Below, piece after piece: positions 36,401-39,307 of a stretch of 62,864 bases of DNA. Under the pieces are notes generated by a model that saw only the letters and a program-made list of their open reading frames with translations, ran no database searches and was not told the DNA's origin. A program made the position numbers and the translations under genes. The stretch covers positions 1-62,864 of the forward strand of contig CAJBWJ010000025.1 of NCBI GenBank assembly GCA_903959355.1. The letters run 5' to 3'. This DNA comes from an uncultured bacterium (GTDB taxonomy: Bacteria; Patescibacteriota; Microgenomatia; UBA1400; PJMF01). The number at the start of each line of letters is the position of its first letter. The first letter of the stretch is position 1.

Positions 36401-39192
36401 ATGTTTTCTGAATAATCTGCCTTAAACTCTTCATTAGCTTTATTGGCATAATCCACAGGATCGATAAGAGTAATATCCTGATTGTCTGTATACATGCTTT
36501 GATTAATTGCAGCTTGATTCATTTGACCAGCTGCATACATCGCTCCAGCCTGAGTCATCACTGCTCCAATATCTTCTCCCCAATTTTTAAATGTTTTAGC
36601 AGTGTAATAGCCAGAAGTAGCAGGTTGATAACTGTAATCAAGTACACCCATATTGCTGGCTCCTGTTAGAGCTATATTAGAAATTCCAGTATCAGCTGGA
36701 CCGGTGTAATCTAAATATTTAAGGAGAATCTTCTTTCTTTTCTTACTGGTCGCATAGTTAGTAGCAATATTTTGTGCCACATCAACACCAGCTACTTGAG
36801 AACTTAATTGATTAAAAGTTAAGCCAGCAGTTTGACCAAAATTTAAACCCATTTCTTCTGGTGTAAATTCACGATTTATGATGTTGTCTGCCATCAAAGC
36901 ATTGCCATAAGACATGCCCCAGGTGTAATCGCTAAGCGCACCTCTATTTTCTGTAGCATAAGAAAAAGTTTGGGAAGCATTAAAAATCTTGCTTGCTTCA
37001 ACAGCTGTTGAATAAGAATCCATTGCCTGCTGCTGATTGTCCAAAGTAGCACTGAAGTTTTGAGCTACTGCTGAATCTTCACCCAAAAAAATAATAGCAC
37101 TAGCGCTGTCAGCTGTTTGAGCCATGGCAAAATTAGCAAAAGCTAAATCCCAGAAACTCTGAGTCTCTTGTGTTTTATTTTCAGCATAAATTTGATTTGA
37201 ATAGTTAACGGCTAGATCTGGAACATTAACTTTAGGATCGCCTTGATAAATTTGATCCAGCATTAAAGAAATTTTGTCGGTAGCATTTTTAGAATCAATA
37301 TTACAGTCTGGAACATTCAATTCCTTACAAACAGAAGTCAATGAACGCCCTCCATCTATCGCAAAATTAGAAACAGCTTCATTGAAACGATTTGGTAAAA
37401 CAATTTGACCGTAAAGTTCATTGCCTGCTTCTGAACCATAAATACTAGACAGCAGCAGTTTTGGATCATCTGGTACCCAAGTTCCATAGCTATTCGCTGA
37501 ATCACTATTTGAATAATAATTCTTCAAATAAGACACATCCTGTGTGTTGGCATAAAGACTTAAAGCAACTTGAGAATTATATTTAGCAATTTCTTTTTTC
37601 AGCCACTCTTCAGTCACACTTCCTTCTAGAGTTTTGCCAGTATAAAGAGTGTAAAGATTAGATAAATCATCATAAGAAGCAGCTTTTCCTTGATTATCAA
37701 TGTATTGACTTGTTAAATTTTTCTCCTCAGCAGCAGTTGTTCTAGCAGCGACAATTGTAGCTGCTTCCTGTTGAGCTTGAGTTGTAGAAGTGCCAGAGAA
37801 TTTAGAAAGAAGAAGGGCTAGAACCTGTGCTTCAGATAAATTTTTAAGCTGGTCAGCAGTGATAACTCCAGCAGTAATAGCAGCACTCTTCAAACCGTTA
37901 ATATCTGTGCTACTACCATTAACATAGTTTTGATACTCAGTATTTAATTTATTAAAATCTTCAGTTTGTTTGGTTGTTTGTGCTGGAGTTTGATCGGTGG
38001 TCTGACCTGCAGCTTGAGAAGGCTGAACAACTGGTGCAGCATATTTAGCACGATCAGCATTGAGTTGTGCTGGATCAATACCAAAAGCACCAAGAATTCC
38101 ATTTACATTACCGTACTTGGTGCTTGGATCATAGCCAAAAATTGCCTTAAATTGTTCTGTAGCAATTCTATTCAAATCGCTATCACTGCCAGCTACCACC
38201 AAAGTAGAATACATTTTGTTAACAGCAGCATTTAATGTCGTTTGCTGAGAAGTGGAATCATTAAGCTGATCTAGAACTTGATAGCGATTAGCTAAGTTAG
38301 GATCATTGATAATTTGCTTGTTAAAATCAAAAATTGCTTGCTCATTAGAATTAAGTGAGCCCTTACTAGTCAGAGCAGCATTCTCTGCTGCTGCTTGTTG
38401 CTGAAGAACAGAAGCGTTGGTTAAAGCTGATAAAATTGCCTGTGCTTTAAGAAGACCAGCATTAGCTGCATTAGGATCATAAAGTGAACCAGCAGTAAAA
38501 CTCACTCCATAAGTTTTTTGATAAAGATCTTCTAAGGCTTTTACATCACCATTTGTTTTGTATAGATCAACGGCAGTTTGCCAATCTTTGTAAGGAACTT
38601 CAATTTTTTCCAAATGAGCGTAACAATAATCACCAGCAGTATTAGTACAACCAGTGGCGCGGGGTGGAACAACCAGATAACCATTAACTGTTGCGCCATA
38701 AGCGTAACAAGTATTGCCTAGAGCTACACCTTGTCCATTACAATCTTTTCCTAGGTTTTCAGTAGAACCAACTACTTTAGAAACATTCTCGGCTCCAAAG
38801 CTAGTGCTTTCATAAACCTTCTTATCTTCAATATATGGATAATCATAACGACCTGAAGCCAAGATTATTTTCCCGCCAGCTAGCTCATCTCCAGGCATAT
38901 AACAAAAACTGTTCATCCACATACCACCACCACAGCCGCTCTGAGAACTAGGACGAGTTCCAGTGTAAGTGGTGCTAATAATTCCTTGGGTGTTTAGATT
39001 GCTGCTTGGAGCGGTGGTAACAGCAGGAAGCAAGCCATTGCAGTAAGGATTACTTACAGGACAGGTTCCACTAGCTTGTTGACGAGTATCTTGATTGCTT
39101 TTGAGTAGAATAAAACCAGCTGCGGTAGAGATACACAAAAAAAGAAATAACAACACAGAAAAGAGATAGCGTTTCTTCTTTTGAATCAGCAT
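15484..39192 (-). CDS. giant multidomain membrane/surface protein, 7,902 aa
   Basis: Single uninterrupted frame of 23,709 nt from ATG (39190-39192) to TAA (15484-15486). The N-terminus MLIQKKKRYLFSVLLFLFLCISTAAGFILL is a signal anchor. Several catalytic motif sets are listed as separate sub-features. Confidence 0.85.
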   Translation of the reverse strand: MLIQKKKRYLFSVLLFLFLCISTAAGFILLKSNQDTRQQASGTCPVSNPYCNGLLPAVTTAPSSNLNTQGIISTTYTGTRPSSQSGCGGGMWMNSFCYMPGDELAGGKIILASGRYDYPYIEDKKVYESTSFGAENVSKVVGSTENLGKDCNGQGVALGNTCYAYGATVNGYLVVPPRATGCTNTAGDYCYAHLEKIEVPYKDWQTAVDLYKTNGDVKALEDLYQKTYGVSFTAGSLYDPNAANAGLLKAQAILSALTNASVLQQQAAAENAALTSKGSLNSNEQAIFDFNKQIINDPNLANRYQVLDQLNDSTSQQTTLNAAVNKMYSTLVVAGSDSDLNRIATEQFKAIFGYDPSTKYGNVNGILGAFGIDPAQLNADRAKYAAPVVQPSQAAGQTTDQTPAQTTKQTEDFNKLNTEYQNYVNGSSTDINGLKSAAITAGVITADQLKNLSEAQVLALLLSKFSGTSTTQAQQEAATIVAARTTAAEEKNLTSQYIDNQGKAASYDDLSNLYTLYTGKTLEGSVTEEWLKKEIAKYNSQVALSLYANTQDVSYLKNYYSNSDSANSYGTWVPDDPKLLLSSIYGSEAGNELYGQIVLPNRFNEAVSNFAIDGGRSLTSVCKELNVPDCNIDSKNATDKISLMLDQIYQGDPKVNVPDLAVNYSNQIYAENKTQETQSFWDLAFANFAMAQTADSASAIIFLGEDSAVAQNFSATLDNQQQAMDSYSTAVEASKIFNASQTFSYATENRGALSDYTWGMSYGNALMADNIINREFTPEEMGLNFGQTAGLTFNQLSSQVAGVDVAQNIATNYATSKKRKKILLKYLDYTGPADTGISNIALTGASNMGVLDYSYQPATSGYYTAKTFKNWGEDIGAVMTQAGAMYAAGQMNQAAINQSMYTDNQDITLIDPVDYANKANEEFKADYSENMKNDLYSNYIANANKAGINQVDQATYEQFLTDPEIQRSSQQLDFERLSKVVAPVVAAPVLTAMLISGVGAPAVLGIASSAFSLYQGAGMKAQALEIQRIDIESRENAVVQSYIENGADEVTIEKVKTDLSAQVDALNQQGNMMLANSAVAAMTSVGGLLTSAAGAVNAGATANVLATSGQVLTKAGQVSGIAMNSYNAVNSGISSYNSFQEGNIGGGIMSGISSFVAASGVAGNTFGLLGPTSYTNKIDYVLDAMNVPAGAAVDAQQVAQACYGSSGAFSEKDCTNAWIGLALSAGQNVSQIASSRKSYLADTAAAKAGIETAHVVDIQKQIDAIDAEVLALNGPNKGMREGLQINDLQAQRSNLVAQAEGINPNFRIAGNDNSTENYMASSVRVASDLETQLKDSAEAGKAAEAKYAADVEAARIAGKAEVANYLDQAEVARKTAQTEKEAYLAGQIEIFKEGPNAIAAVRDQITAIDEQITKRGVLLPESEVADLQQKRTALVADLENLTKSLSAVDSLKTQNEALLSVAKKNEAFSEYENLLKNDVEKASLVKQYAPDNEQVTKYQTDLEANATKVKLETDETKRLASIAALQDSLAKVTALESQKQALLIGLGVDSSDQVGRKIDGLSAEINRLNNQGVLNEADTARVVDLETQRNDLQVEMVKFDAIDAEIGGIRQIADAVSADSRPIWKKITDFFSPGKSTREAYYKSLDLTREAETLRAKLAGVGADSADAKAFREQLADANRQLRDQQYLLAQAAANPSKGMRQTITDFVSGIKTRGQIADLKDAAKKMGESNLNIAEAIVAKQAEIERLKTEDATANQVEITRLEGEVTELLKTARNPLKGNGAVIAVDKSGDFTKYVVTDAGLAAGIKQKQLDILNTELQAFETFRRSSETQADVKKNGGPFKIYSGTDTFKDQDVFLLAEVEAFGAGRRGTVFGALPGMGKTDVVMPFNILLKQRLTGQPQFVVFPEAKLAKPWTTGGENPIPNKAFIDYVESQFGKGSVVIIKANDTSVDPIAIANAKFVITTKDVAFDLQNTDTKLGLNLRSKWRNSFVHADEVDWTFNPNENYKLSGTQIALRDKAEFGLYADAQKQVLGIDENGNLLPGRGLNTLNDLISKLSNSKSVPEGIARTSDGKGGKFASPELEKQVLGEWLGTWGGQSKIPGLDMSADTKTIRQQINDYLTRGTDADVHQRRAEMAMINETVNFLSRVPGEDYGPTSNKKTVGGVEEVVSSIAPREQGRTSGRSYSAVAESLLYNSLGARIMGANGQVDINKITVGEGGSEINYALLMLESRGFSLYTGTPETVAKLYKMAYGIELNVFTDSAVDSSIARFNAPPAGTNSRVFTNLQDQMTARLADGRNQVFINMASGLRSNEAALANLVKTITDTGAPYQKILLVGANGELIEYQISGGALLRTGEFASTEAMNARTADLDKTSERYVKFYEYGAHVGVDTANNVSLSRAIGLCNGCDQTTFSQGINRVRVQVTKNSTGAYEVKHAPIDIVWLDAPSVLRDPSIENFTADMSRLQTINEALAEVSFKETLLKNSVDGTFAELIDLARNGKDGFLGFGSYKTNLDIVSQLEAAQQKWKETTGMNYMLGSDDMTAQAKLEKTASQVGAAYAELTRLLANSGEPAKLLAKRADGAIGNNPVKLAFSGDEGYQVLGENPSYRQIVDLINQSSKHLESVNIAFTNKSSAPEVVGNEMARAASEAQINSKTSTDGNIDGGAAPVRPGSDGPDANGGGAGLVRPAGDTTTNNGTNNTRNTTTNNNSSNQSSQNNSSRNIGFATFASNLWNGAVDEEKLLAENAAAVEDNKTAIAAGYQAQIEKLIEQLGAATEPAEKDAIDQQIKNLKAAQADQTAIDAAAKAKTTEQLADNYRTDGIKSFFVNSERGGTFTVSAASLANLPVAWSDSFNEQAFMTDNKAEIDNTALQIKADALLEKAAEMQAVADEINKLNQELQKTKANKKQQELLAAMEALAKQVDVIQAENESINQKDFTAEAIPVVKEKYADDVKYVQIGLSTHLSNLRSGVSRLLASIPERAGGLNVSADRALKAWNEAKALLENKKENLAPVADAGTQSVPEIQNNKTSSVSLSERIKQLSDRAKQLWQKTAGFRQAVSSLASKLKTVPTNRIAILSPEEKTQLDTLAKDYGDINAEVKYLNSQISDAKAILKDLEQKIKLSGEINQELENIKNNTTQLQAKLKELQGQRDEFLIRSKEISNQATALSGQIKPAFTKEQQAAAAQKIRDKVVVELDKNINQSLRTLALSLSRENNKDLAAVRMQITQTIKGEFARYKLQPALSYVVGEFSYLPEFKNDPEGADGYIRDILGTVTEDFFVARHTATNRLQISLQEDEVTRRDIITIGDVHGDWKALVGLLSGSSTNESGERISKPLLDSNEKWIGGPTDYLVLTGDLFDRAPAGVSAAETAERIMNLQKQAGNFADGTPRVKVLIGNHDINAIFAYWRMKDILANRPNVDKNTAAEAGSFTGMNPGITPEEVIYLFDHPDLANWVMNLDAMTIDDGVLRFHSDTTAYTAYGKTVQDVNNRIRSIMSNQSGLKDLELLLHDLTKREGFDLAGDVSYFLETYNAEHLVHGHSETAVPKDSRVTNVDGALSGSYDSKYGKGKSRGRTFTQTVPGIEKLNVAIAAGLPKQQLGVILARPLSDVLIEANEQSESSRQKLSQLRSEFENISAQLGQINKQIEKNNLDTDAAANSGSKLQDQLSVLNVANLLSAQANTNQTITGLEDGLLQSTALLQKAKALLDAQREVSNFLNSFRQAGIQVKPFLLGNEALSDVSVLSQKLLDLVLEAFNQHKFTRNAFILNISKITPNFVSLNGLLSIADRTIDLSAKIQAALDDASKLLEETNRKKELIGKINPIMEELKAKGAILEYDLAAMTADELEKALVDLQQMNESYVNENDQINNSPEDGIALSALRDKAVQIGAESSLVNSWKTEIDANQWLNDQQRKFTKISELFKSLGIDVNIVTVGDYEKQLDILSNLIIEIDALEKSSGLDYVFFQGSTEDILGMIIINQDSASFKDVNDFKSKASNAVKSNTKLIDFVKKYDPVFSKLRQPGMIGSLSLREINEALRTVDRATKFFQNSKLENKKWWTEIKDFAKQLTDVKANLTSLRSELKQLAQSYLTTTKKKFNYNLDAGEISLREQIQQIKSLINTDETSSSNQGVDYNLFLVAQNNLALKNLTKQQILDLAKATNLPLNTYSETKLYEDIYGILLDSSYRKDIVQIIAGVEEVVPGSDLDPRVSVEINQQSGSSMEQSIYEAVANSIDAIPGIGNSIGKFGKGIKQILAWLDTNGQDNVEVLTTSAGSESVLYLRVSKNESGYNISLKKLSKDDAKRDFAFDLDHGTKIKLSVKDDIAKLNSELNDVKTISQEKIVGGVRNKYSFVPGLKIFTSFGGDDYKLINGYNKKRSIIPYSKGGIVNDPKDNVVYVKANSNSIEIIDNGTGMNEALLSRMFVPKQGSKVTEPLNEQQIEQEKTKLGLIFEELGNDEEKRIIFSRNREGIVSFVLPSNKVEGSLVSGNLLLELANLVEVPESRDSLIINSKSESGKMSNFEVAIDDMVDRIVSNSELQSLEKIKYINTIIAGIEFLEGGNPSYKKTINSIKGATKDKIKDILVSLRKDGYLIFTDEASFSSIAIDRNKTVFLNKDVFDWNESYYLKNYLGAKIVSNITVGGASKLPLVFVDFDDNATSLARAFNGAWHLNTAIDRLPVIKNGSMVVLPKNVYAFARFIELNDLRSQRELNTEEQQEFLDLAERIDIITADQVVTDYEIGSVEQNLRIEDVEIITKDELNVKVDEGNIDSDIVNKFLANDFSSSFVNPSTNTNYKKTLQPFTGAPTGEILVDQNGGVLDVKSGALILESGAEAGVYSYNSRGSNYYTKTAYDQNEFSTLQFSNEYTLLLKEEIEFTSSSFLKSKQKNAIIIENGKKHFYSFYLNKTIGYGGYSIGFDDIVSGPNGLFYFGIINGQIVEVFFPQMIDDPRFLTSEFDTFKENLIESLNKNDFKVWFTINDPPGPYSIDKFRGAEIRLDFPKGRALFDAGGNFVFTADPTAFIAPTLNESNLKDQGFIEIENDKLSSYIYRTVTNENQKKDIQMINFSKSASLSHLDDAYGVPRIISYGTAGVNITLNYGGKVTSRIVSKATMDPEGRFLFVGESPNMEIFDLRNGYSELVSIDPKFTKGDITVVSDGDAIVIKSNIYGTNQTSFVLLKDKNNKQVVITFHGEINQTQLGRIIDDLKSGADTKESLETKGLTEFNQINGVNKADILNKIIGENQENRDRYIQEFRNIYMPILNSVPEEHRQEFISSIKQMYVEQEEYLKSQVLSYATNGSEIDLSNGPIDMAIKNANKIPNMQAFLEDFNKRYGSLEPYDKSYAYQHLSLSLFSFMKADHTILDIKTSDLSLSAYITPFLRQKSIDMNRACRPLIEALENEGYGYTQILHISAFFDEIAGREWSDPKIVSQQIAKIMALRSGERKKFFDLIVGSFKSNIRLLDIYLRRYSKEDIDNIPADLRSIFIFLSRDVDQLRLDDREQATGRDINLPEEGLQVSQIIKMNQAKGSLSQPVNNLEELVTGFATNVPKIDENLESEVLKNIAVQREGDAHTAEITQNAKDATRGRAGKLVVDFYLRVRNGIREYVEEAYDNGTGALDEIALLIPKSTKSIGQQIDLAGFFGTGKYTIFEGVDKVEIVSVNEDRAYQFFFEVKKNDAGNPEKLVLVGFKDLAGENLPTGVTVRRIKYAENTIPEFEAISSRQSWKMFAGMSQNDNFKIYIKAADGKEEELIVEGKKLLADVDLNLFDKDTKTVVNKGKIQIYETKDMPLQIIDRNGLRVKEIKDEYLKLIPKDLRKYVSDLHLNIQIPLPLIRNRGSFENESYYLPQIQKYLAIAFFKALAQKAITQTNPQFVFTSLPLDWYSSPNYSYAFDLGKDVELIGIIKKINDGKIDELSTEELQSLINQEEMDWKNGILKLILNLNVTTDDSKKTTSMLLKRLQVQAEIAKKSNELGTKSRVSKEMEMAKELGIEVEQVSEQPLSEVDTARVAQAASMVNAYVGMDSFFKDPEKYVAKDLTASEEFARKKILEIAKTFGIEEVAFVEGVDGFAGAFSGYDNSNASSTKKTFYLQRSLAGNYTRVSVHELAHYLEKLVSNPEFDGVTNQFYVPDAGVFTHSSVGTFAEAMKYVSAKSLLNYDPTSLGSRLFEFKLALQRINGVDSLLVQSLIKSINLLDVNKLNDAITYLESLFQGQSLNTAPANLLDEAGSYLNSLCSDCDLVREQTKAGVELADSLLAEADVFSKQAVAARTAGNQKQAVDFDKQAAAKKQAAIKQLDDIRSQVIYDHGWENQCVQLYLNAWVGAREALIRQTLADTNSAIKSVYEATQFIRQTLADGFMITKAVGLPGLTTPVQNIPLDAQAKTDFEEMTQKLKKWAEFKEDAGNLTEELVAGELKTLKDVQLQKSSQEYIGDSLRIGIREIVRQMRTNFISDKQQEQLELALTEIQPVIAAFEVEGSIGSVSLSELNRNLARVVDGLDYLMTSDFNQDNILEKINAFADTLQKRSDYMSKLRTNAETLISEYITLTGQPYTFDSSSASAAKLIMQADKLTSLIEAKKQEISGVAPVAIAPVADKKEFKPAETLKSLGNGLNNFRKSLGRNAAAAAVGFGTFGTGLYLWAKKAAAKRFASKINLPKLNIRKPRNIVAAVLSAMVVASIVYFSVVPQGTKVNPVDNKPAIVQTVEAPQAQAPVEQAPVVEAPAVVAQPPVVEKAPTVVAPPAVNAIPTQQSSLSDQEIKAIEQEITGILEEAPGEWGAYIHKIGSTEAGYSYQENKSFHAASTIKVPVAMAVMRYFESQNISLEQALQIAPKGQDRIIAQLMKAMLIQSEEEATSILVDFVNASTQKDMSAYFEEIGINGILYYTEDVDGYARSASAESMAIILENLYANKSGLSKTSTDYILNLMKTYSKDDDFRIGAGLTAEIKAKMAHKTGTVLEDDIFTASDVAIVTLPNGDAYTIVIYNALDNKTQYNVTPGIITEISKLAFKIYSPTVVSQSDSQGDISTVSKVNGSLSTAAPDSLTASFFNSSKTNKVLDAENIPELTFVNSNNQKVGFYFAEYSQSINSKDLSAYQSAFEKVAPFYSYLQTDQIRLEKMEPGTIDGGESYYGISGSEILSNGQWLGSIKFTSDYETKSHLQKILSNIGLSDKASIAALIHEIGHIIKYEKDANGNYVKSRLLTSFDNNFYGSTKGSTELPPTDYAKAYYSYKDAGGDQHDRAVTEDLADVIALYSVAPEYLKQVAPLRYEFIDAIAHGTNPGSFQGEMSNADSLAFNDLCSDCAQVREATKNGVQISDNLMAEANALNEQALIAETAGDQTKAADLAKQAEAKKKAAIKQLGDTRNQVVNAHGMQNQCVQLYLNAWINTREAMIRKTRADVDSAIDSVYRATILAEEMLNSKKMSIREGGIFGFGSTVKYKDLTSDEVEDVADLLFGNVSKDIEGLQSWAFFKEGKDGKFERIIISGSLLELQNTVISSGISSIRVFLRDFAISTRQRIFFDELVEKISSLTKDSKKIEEKVDVSPSVSPSVSVAIDPSVSPSPSVSLSPSAVTPSPSVAPSTENDDLISGFWKKILLGIGGLSIGLGVFLTIYSQTINAQLETVSNQTSPTQIVETISPTLTASPSPSPSPSVSLSPSPSPSPSVSLSPSPSPSPTSIAAQPPVEVKTVILNTALPDEYVVEDPYAKYKYMPDGTLMLIDRDEWNPIDTSIFPEYATNRNVNDYLKTLQLFNVDESLRYRRASDTTFCNIYVSDVTSALGVYIPRWKNGEKMTATTTLEWLEEPLAQDLGWQSTSALKAQEMANQGIPTIAITRGHIAMVAPGTGQTNEQSGVFYPSSAQAGRLNFDSESPIEDNSVEIGFAGAISNGQEIEYFYNSSQYELVQPVENQ
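15487..16180 (-). other. giant protein: C-terminal Cys/His hydrolase-like domain (CHAP or NlpC/P60-like, tentative)
   Basis: TTFCNIYVSDV (Cys 15910-15912, residue 7761) and ITRGHIAMVAPG (His 15706-15708, residue 7829). The 68-aa Cys-His spacing resembles papain-fold cell-wall amidases/peptidases. Confidence 0.4.
16185..16590 (-). other. giant protein: Pro/Ser linker, TM helix, Pro/Ser linker
   Basis: VSPSVSPSVSVAIDPSVSPSPSVSLSPS..., then the TM helix ILLGIGGLSIGLGVFLTIY (about 16380-16440), then ASPSPSPSPSVSLSPSPSPSPSVSLSPSPSPSP. Confidence 0.7.
16205..16276 (-). repeat. perfect 36-bp tandem duplication inside the Pro/Ser linker
   Basis: GACGGTGACAAAGAAACACTTGGAGACGGAGATGGC occurs twice back to back (16205-16240 and 16241-16276), encoding SPSPSPSVSLSP twice. 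Confidence 0.9.
16984..17322 (-). repeat. giant protein: CxxC helical module, copy B
   Basis: LCSDCAQVREATKNGV...NQCVQLYLNAWINTREAMIRK...SVYRA. Same three Cys positions as copy A. Lies 119 aa after HExxH-2; copy A lies 129 aa after HExxH-1. Confidence 0.8.
17400..17900 (-). other. giant protein: zincin-like metallopeptidase motif 2
   Basis: AALIHEIGHIIKYE; HEIGH at 17665-17679 (residue about 7172). Confidence 0.5.
18180..18950 (-). other. giant protein: class A beta-lactamase-like / penicillin-binding serine hydrolase domain
   Basis: SxxK as AASTIKVP (Ser 18805-18807, residue 6796), an SDN-position SEE, and KTG as HKTGTV (18349-18357, residue 6946). The Ser-to-KTG spacing of 150 aa is close to class A enzymes. 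Confidence 0.65.
19156..19345 (-). other. giant protein: pair of TM helices
   Basis: AAAAAVGFGTFGTGLYLWA, then the basic loop KKAAAKRFASKINLPKLNIRKPR, then IVAAVLSAMVVASIVYFSVV. Followed by a Pro/Ala/Val/Gln-rich linker (18960-19140). Confidence 0.65.
20170..20508 (-). repeat. giant protein: CxxC helical module, copy A (protein-level duplication)
   Basis: LCSDCDLVREQTKAGV...NQCVQLYLNAWVGAREALIRQ...SVYEA. About 62% identical (70/113 by hand alignment) to copy B. Confidence 0.8.
20700..21100 (-). other. giant protein: zincin-like metallopeptidase motif 1
   Basis: VSVHELAHYLEK; HELAH at 20881-20895 (residue about 6100). Confidence 0.5.
22150..22500 (-). other. giant protein: GHKL ATPase domain (sacsin/Hsp90/MORC-like Bergerat fold)
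   Basis: Canonical order and spacing: EITQNAKDA (ExxxNxxD, 22459-22482), 37 aa, DNGTG (22357-22371), 23 aa, GFFGTGKY (22264-22287). Confidence 0.65.
25870..26530 (-). other. giant protein: GHKL-like motifs, atypically spaced
   Basis: N-box-like EAVANSID (ExxxNxxD, E at 26515-26517) and G1-box IEIIDNGTGM (25960-25974). They are about 180 aa apart instead of the usual 30-50, so the assignment is uncertain. Confidence 0.3.
28510..29290 (-). other. giant protein: PPP-family metallophosphoesterase (Ser/Thr phosphatase/ApaH-like) domain
   Basis: Complete ordered motif set: GDVHGD (29254-29271), GDLFDR (29110-29127), GNHD (28993-29004), HLVHGH (28573-28590). Confidence 0.75.
31900..33650 (-). other. 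giant protein: SecA-like DEAD/SF2 ATPase module
   Basis: Walker A GALPGMGKTDV (33544-33570), followed by LLKQRLTGQPQFVVFPEAKLAKPW (compare SecA ..[22 protein letters not shown]). Walker B HADEVDW (DEVD 33199-33210), then ..KLSG as in SecA DEVDSILIDEARTPLIISG. Degenerate C-lobe (GAHVGVDT, QGINRVRV). Confidence 0.6.
35650..36270 (-). other. giant protein: hydrophobic Gly/Ala-rich segments (candidate membrane-embedded region)
   Basis: VVAPVVAAPVLTAMLISGVGAPAVLGIASSAFSLY (about residues 975-1010), then MMLANSAVAAMTSVGGLLTSAAGAVNAGA and GGGIMSGISSFVAASGVAGNTFGLLGP. Confidence 0.45.
38580..39192 (-). other. giant protein: signal anchor plus Cys-rich N-terminal domain
   Basis: KKKR followed by a 21-residue hydrophobic core. 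Then 8 Cys in four close pairs (CPVSNPYC, CGGGMWMNSFC, CNGQGVALGNTC, CTNTAGDYC), suggesting a disulfide-bonded extracytoplasmic module. Confidence 0.55.
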
Positions 39193-39307
39193 TTTATGGT
39201 CGGAAAATAGCTTTTTTACACTATTTTCACTTACTCCAATTTACACTAAAAAGCATCTGGTAGAAAGGACCAAAAGAAGAGAATTTTGAGTAAAAAAAGC
39301 GAACAAT

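Noticed and set aside
16619-38235. About 25 plus-strand ORFs of 60-153 aa inside the giant gene interval (for example 25550-26011, 27608-27925, 33154-33462).
   Set aside because: These are shadow ORFs antisense to a continuous 23.7-kb reading frame. They have low-complexity, Ser/Leu/Phe-rich translations and no start or RBS context.
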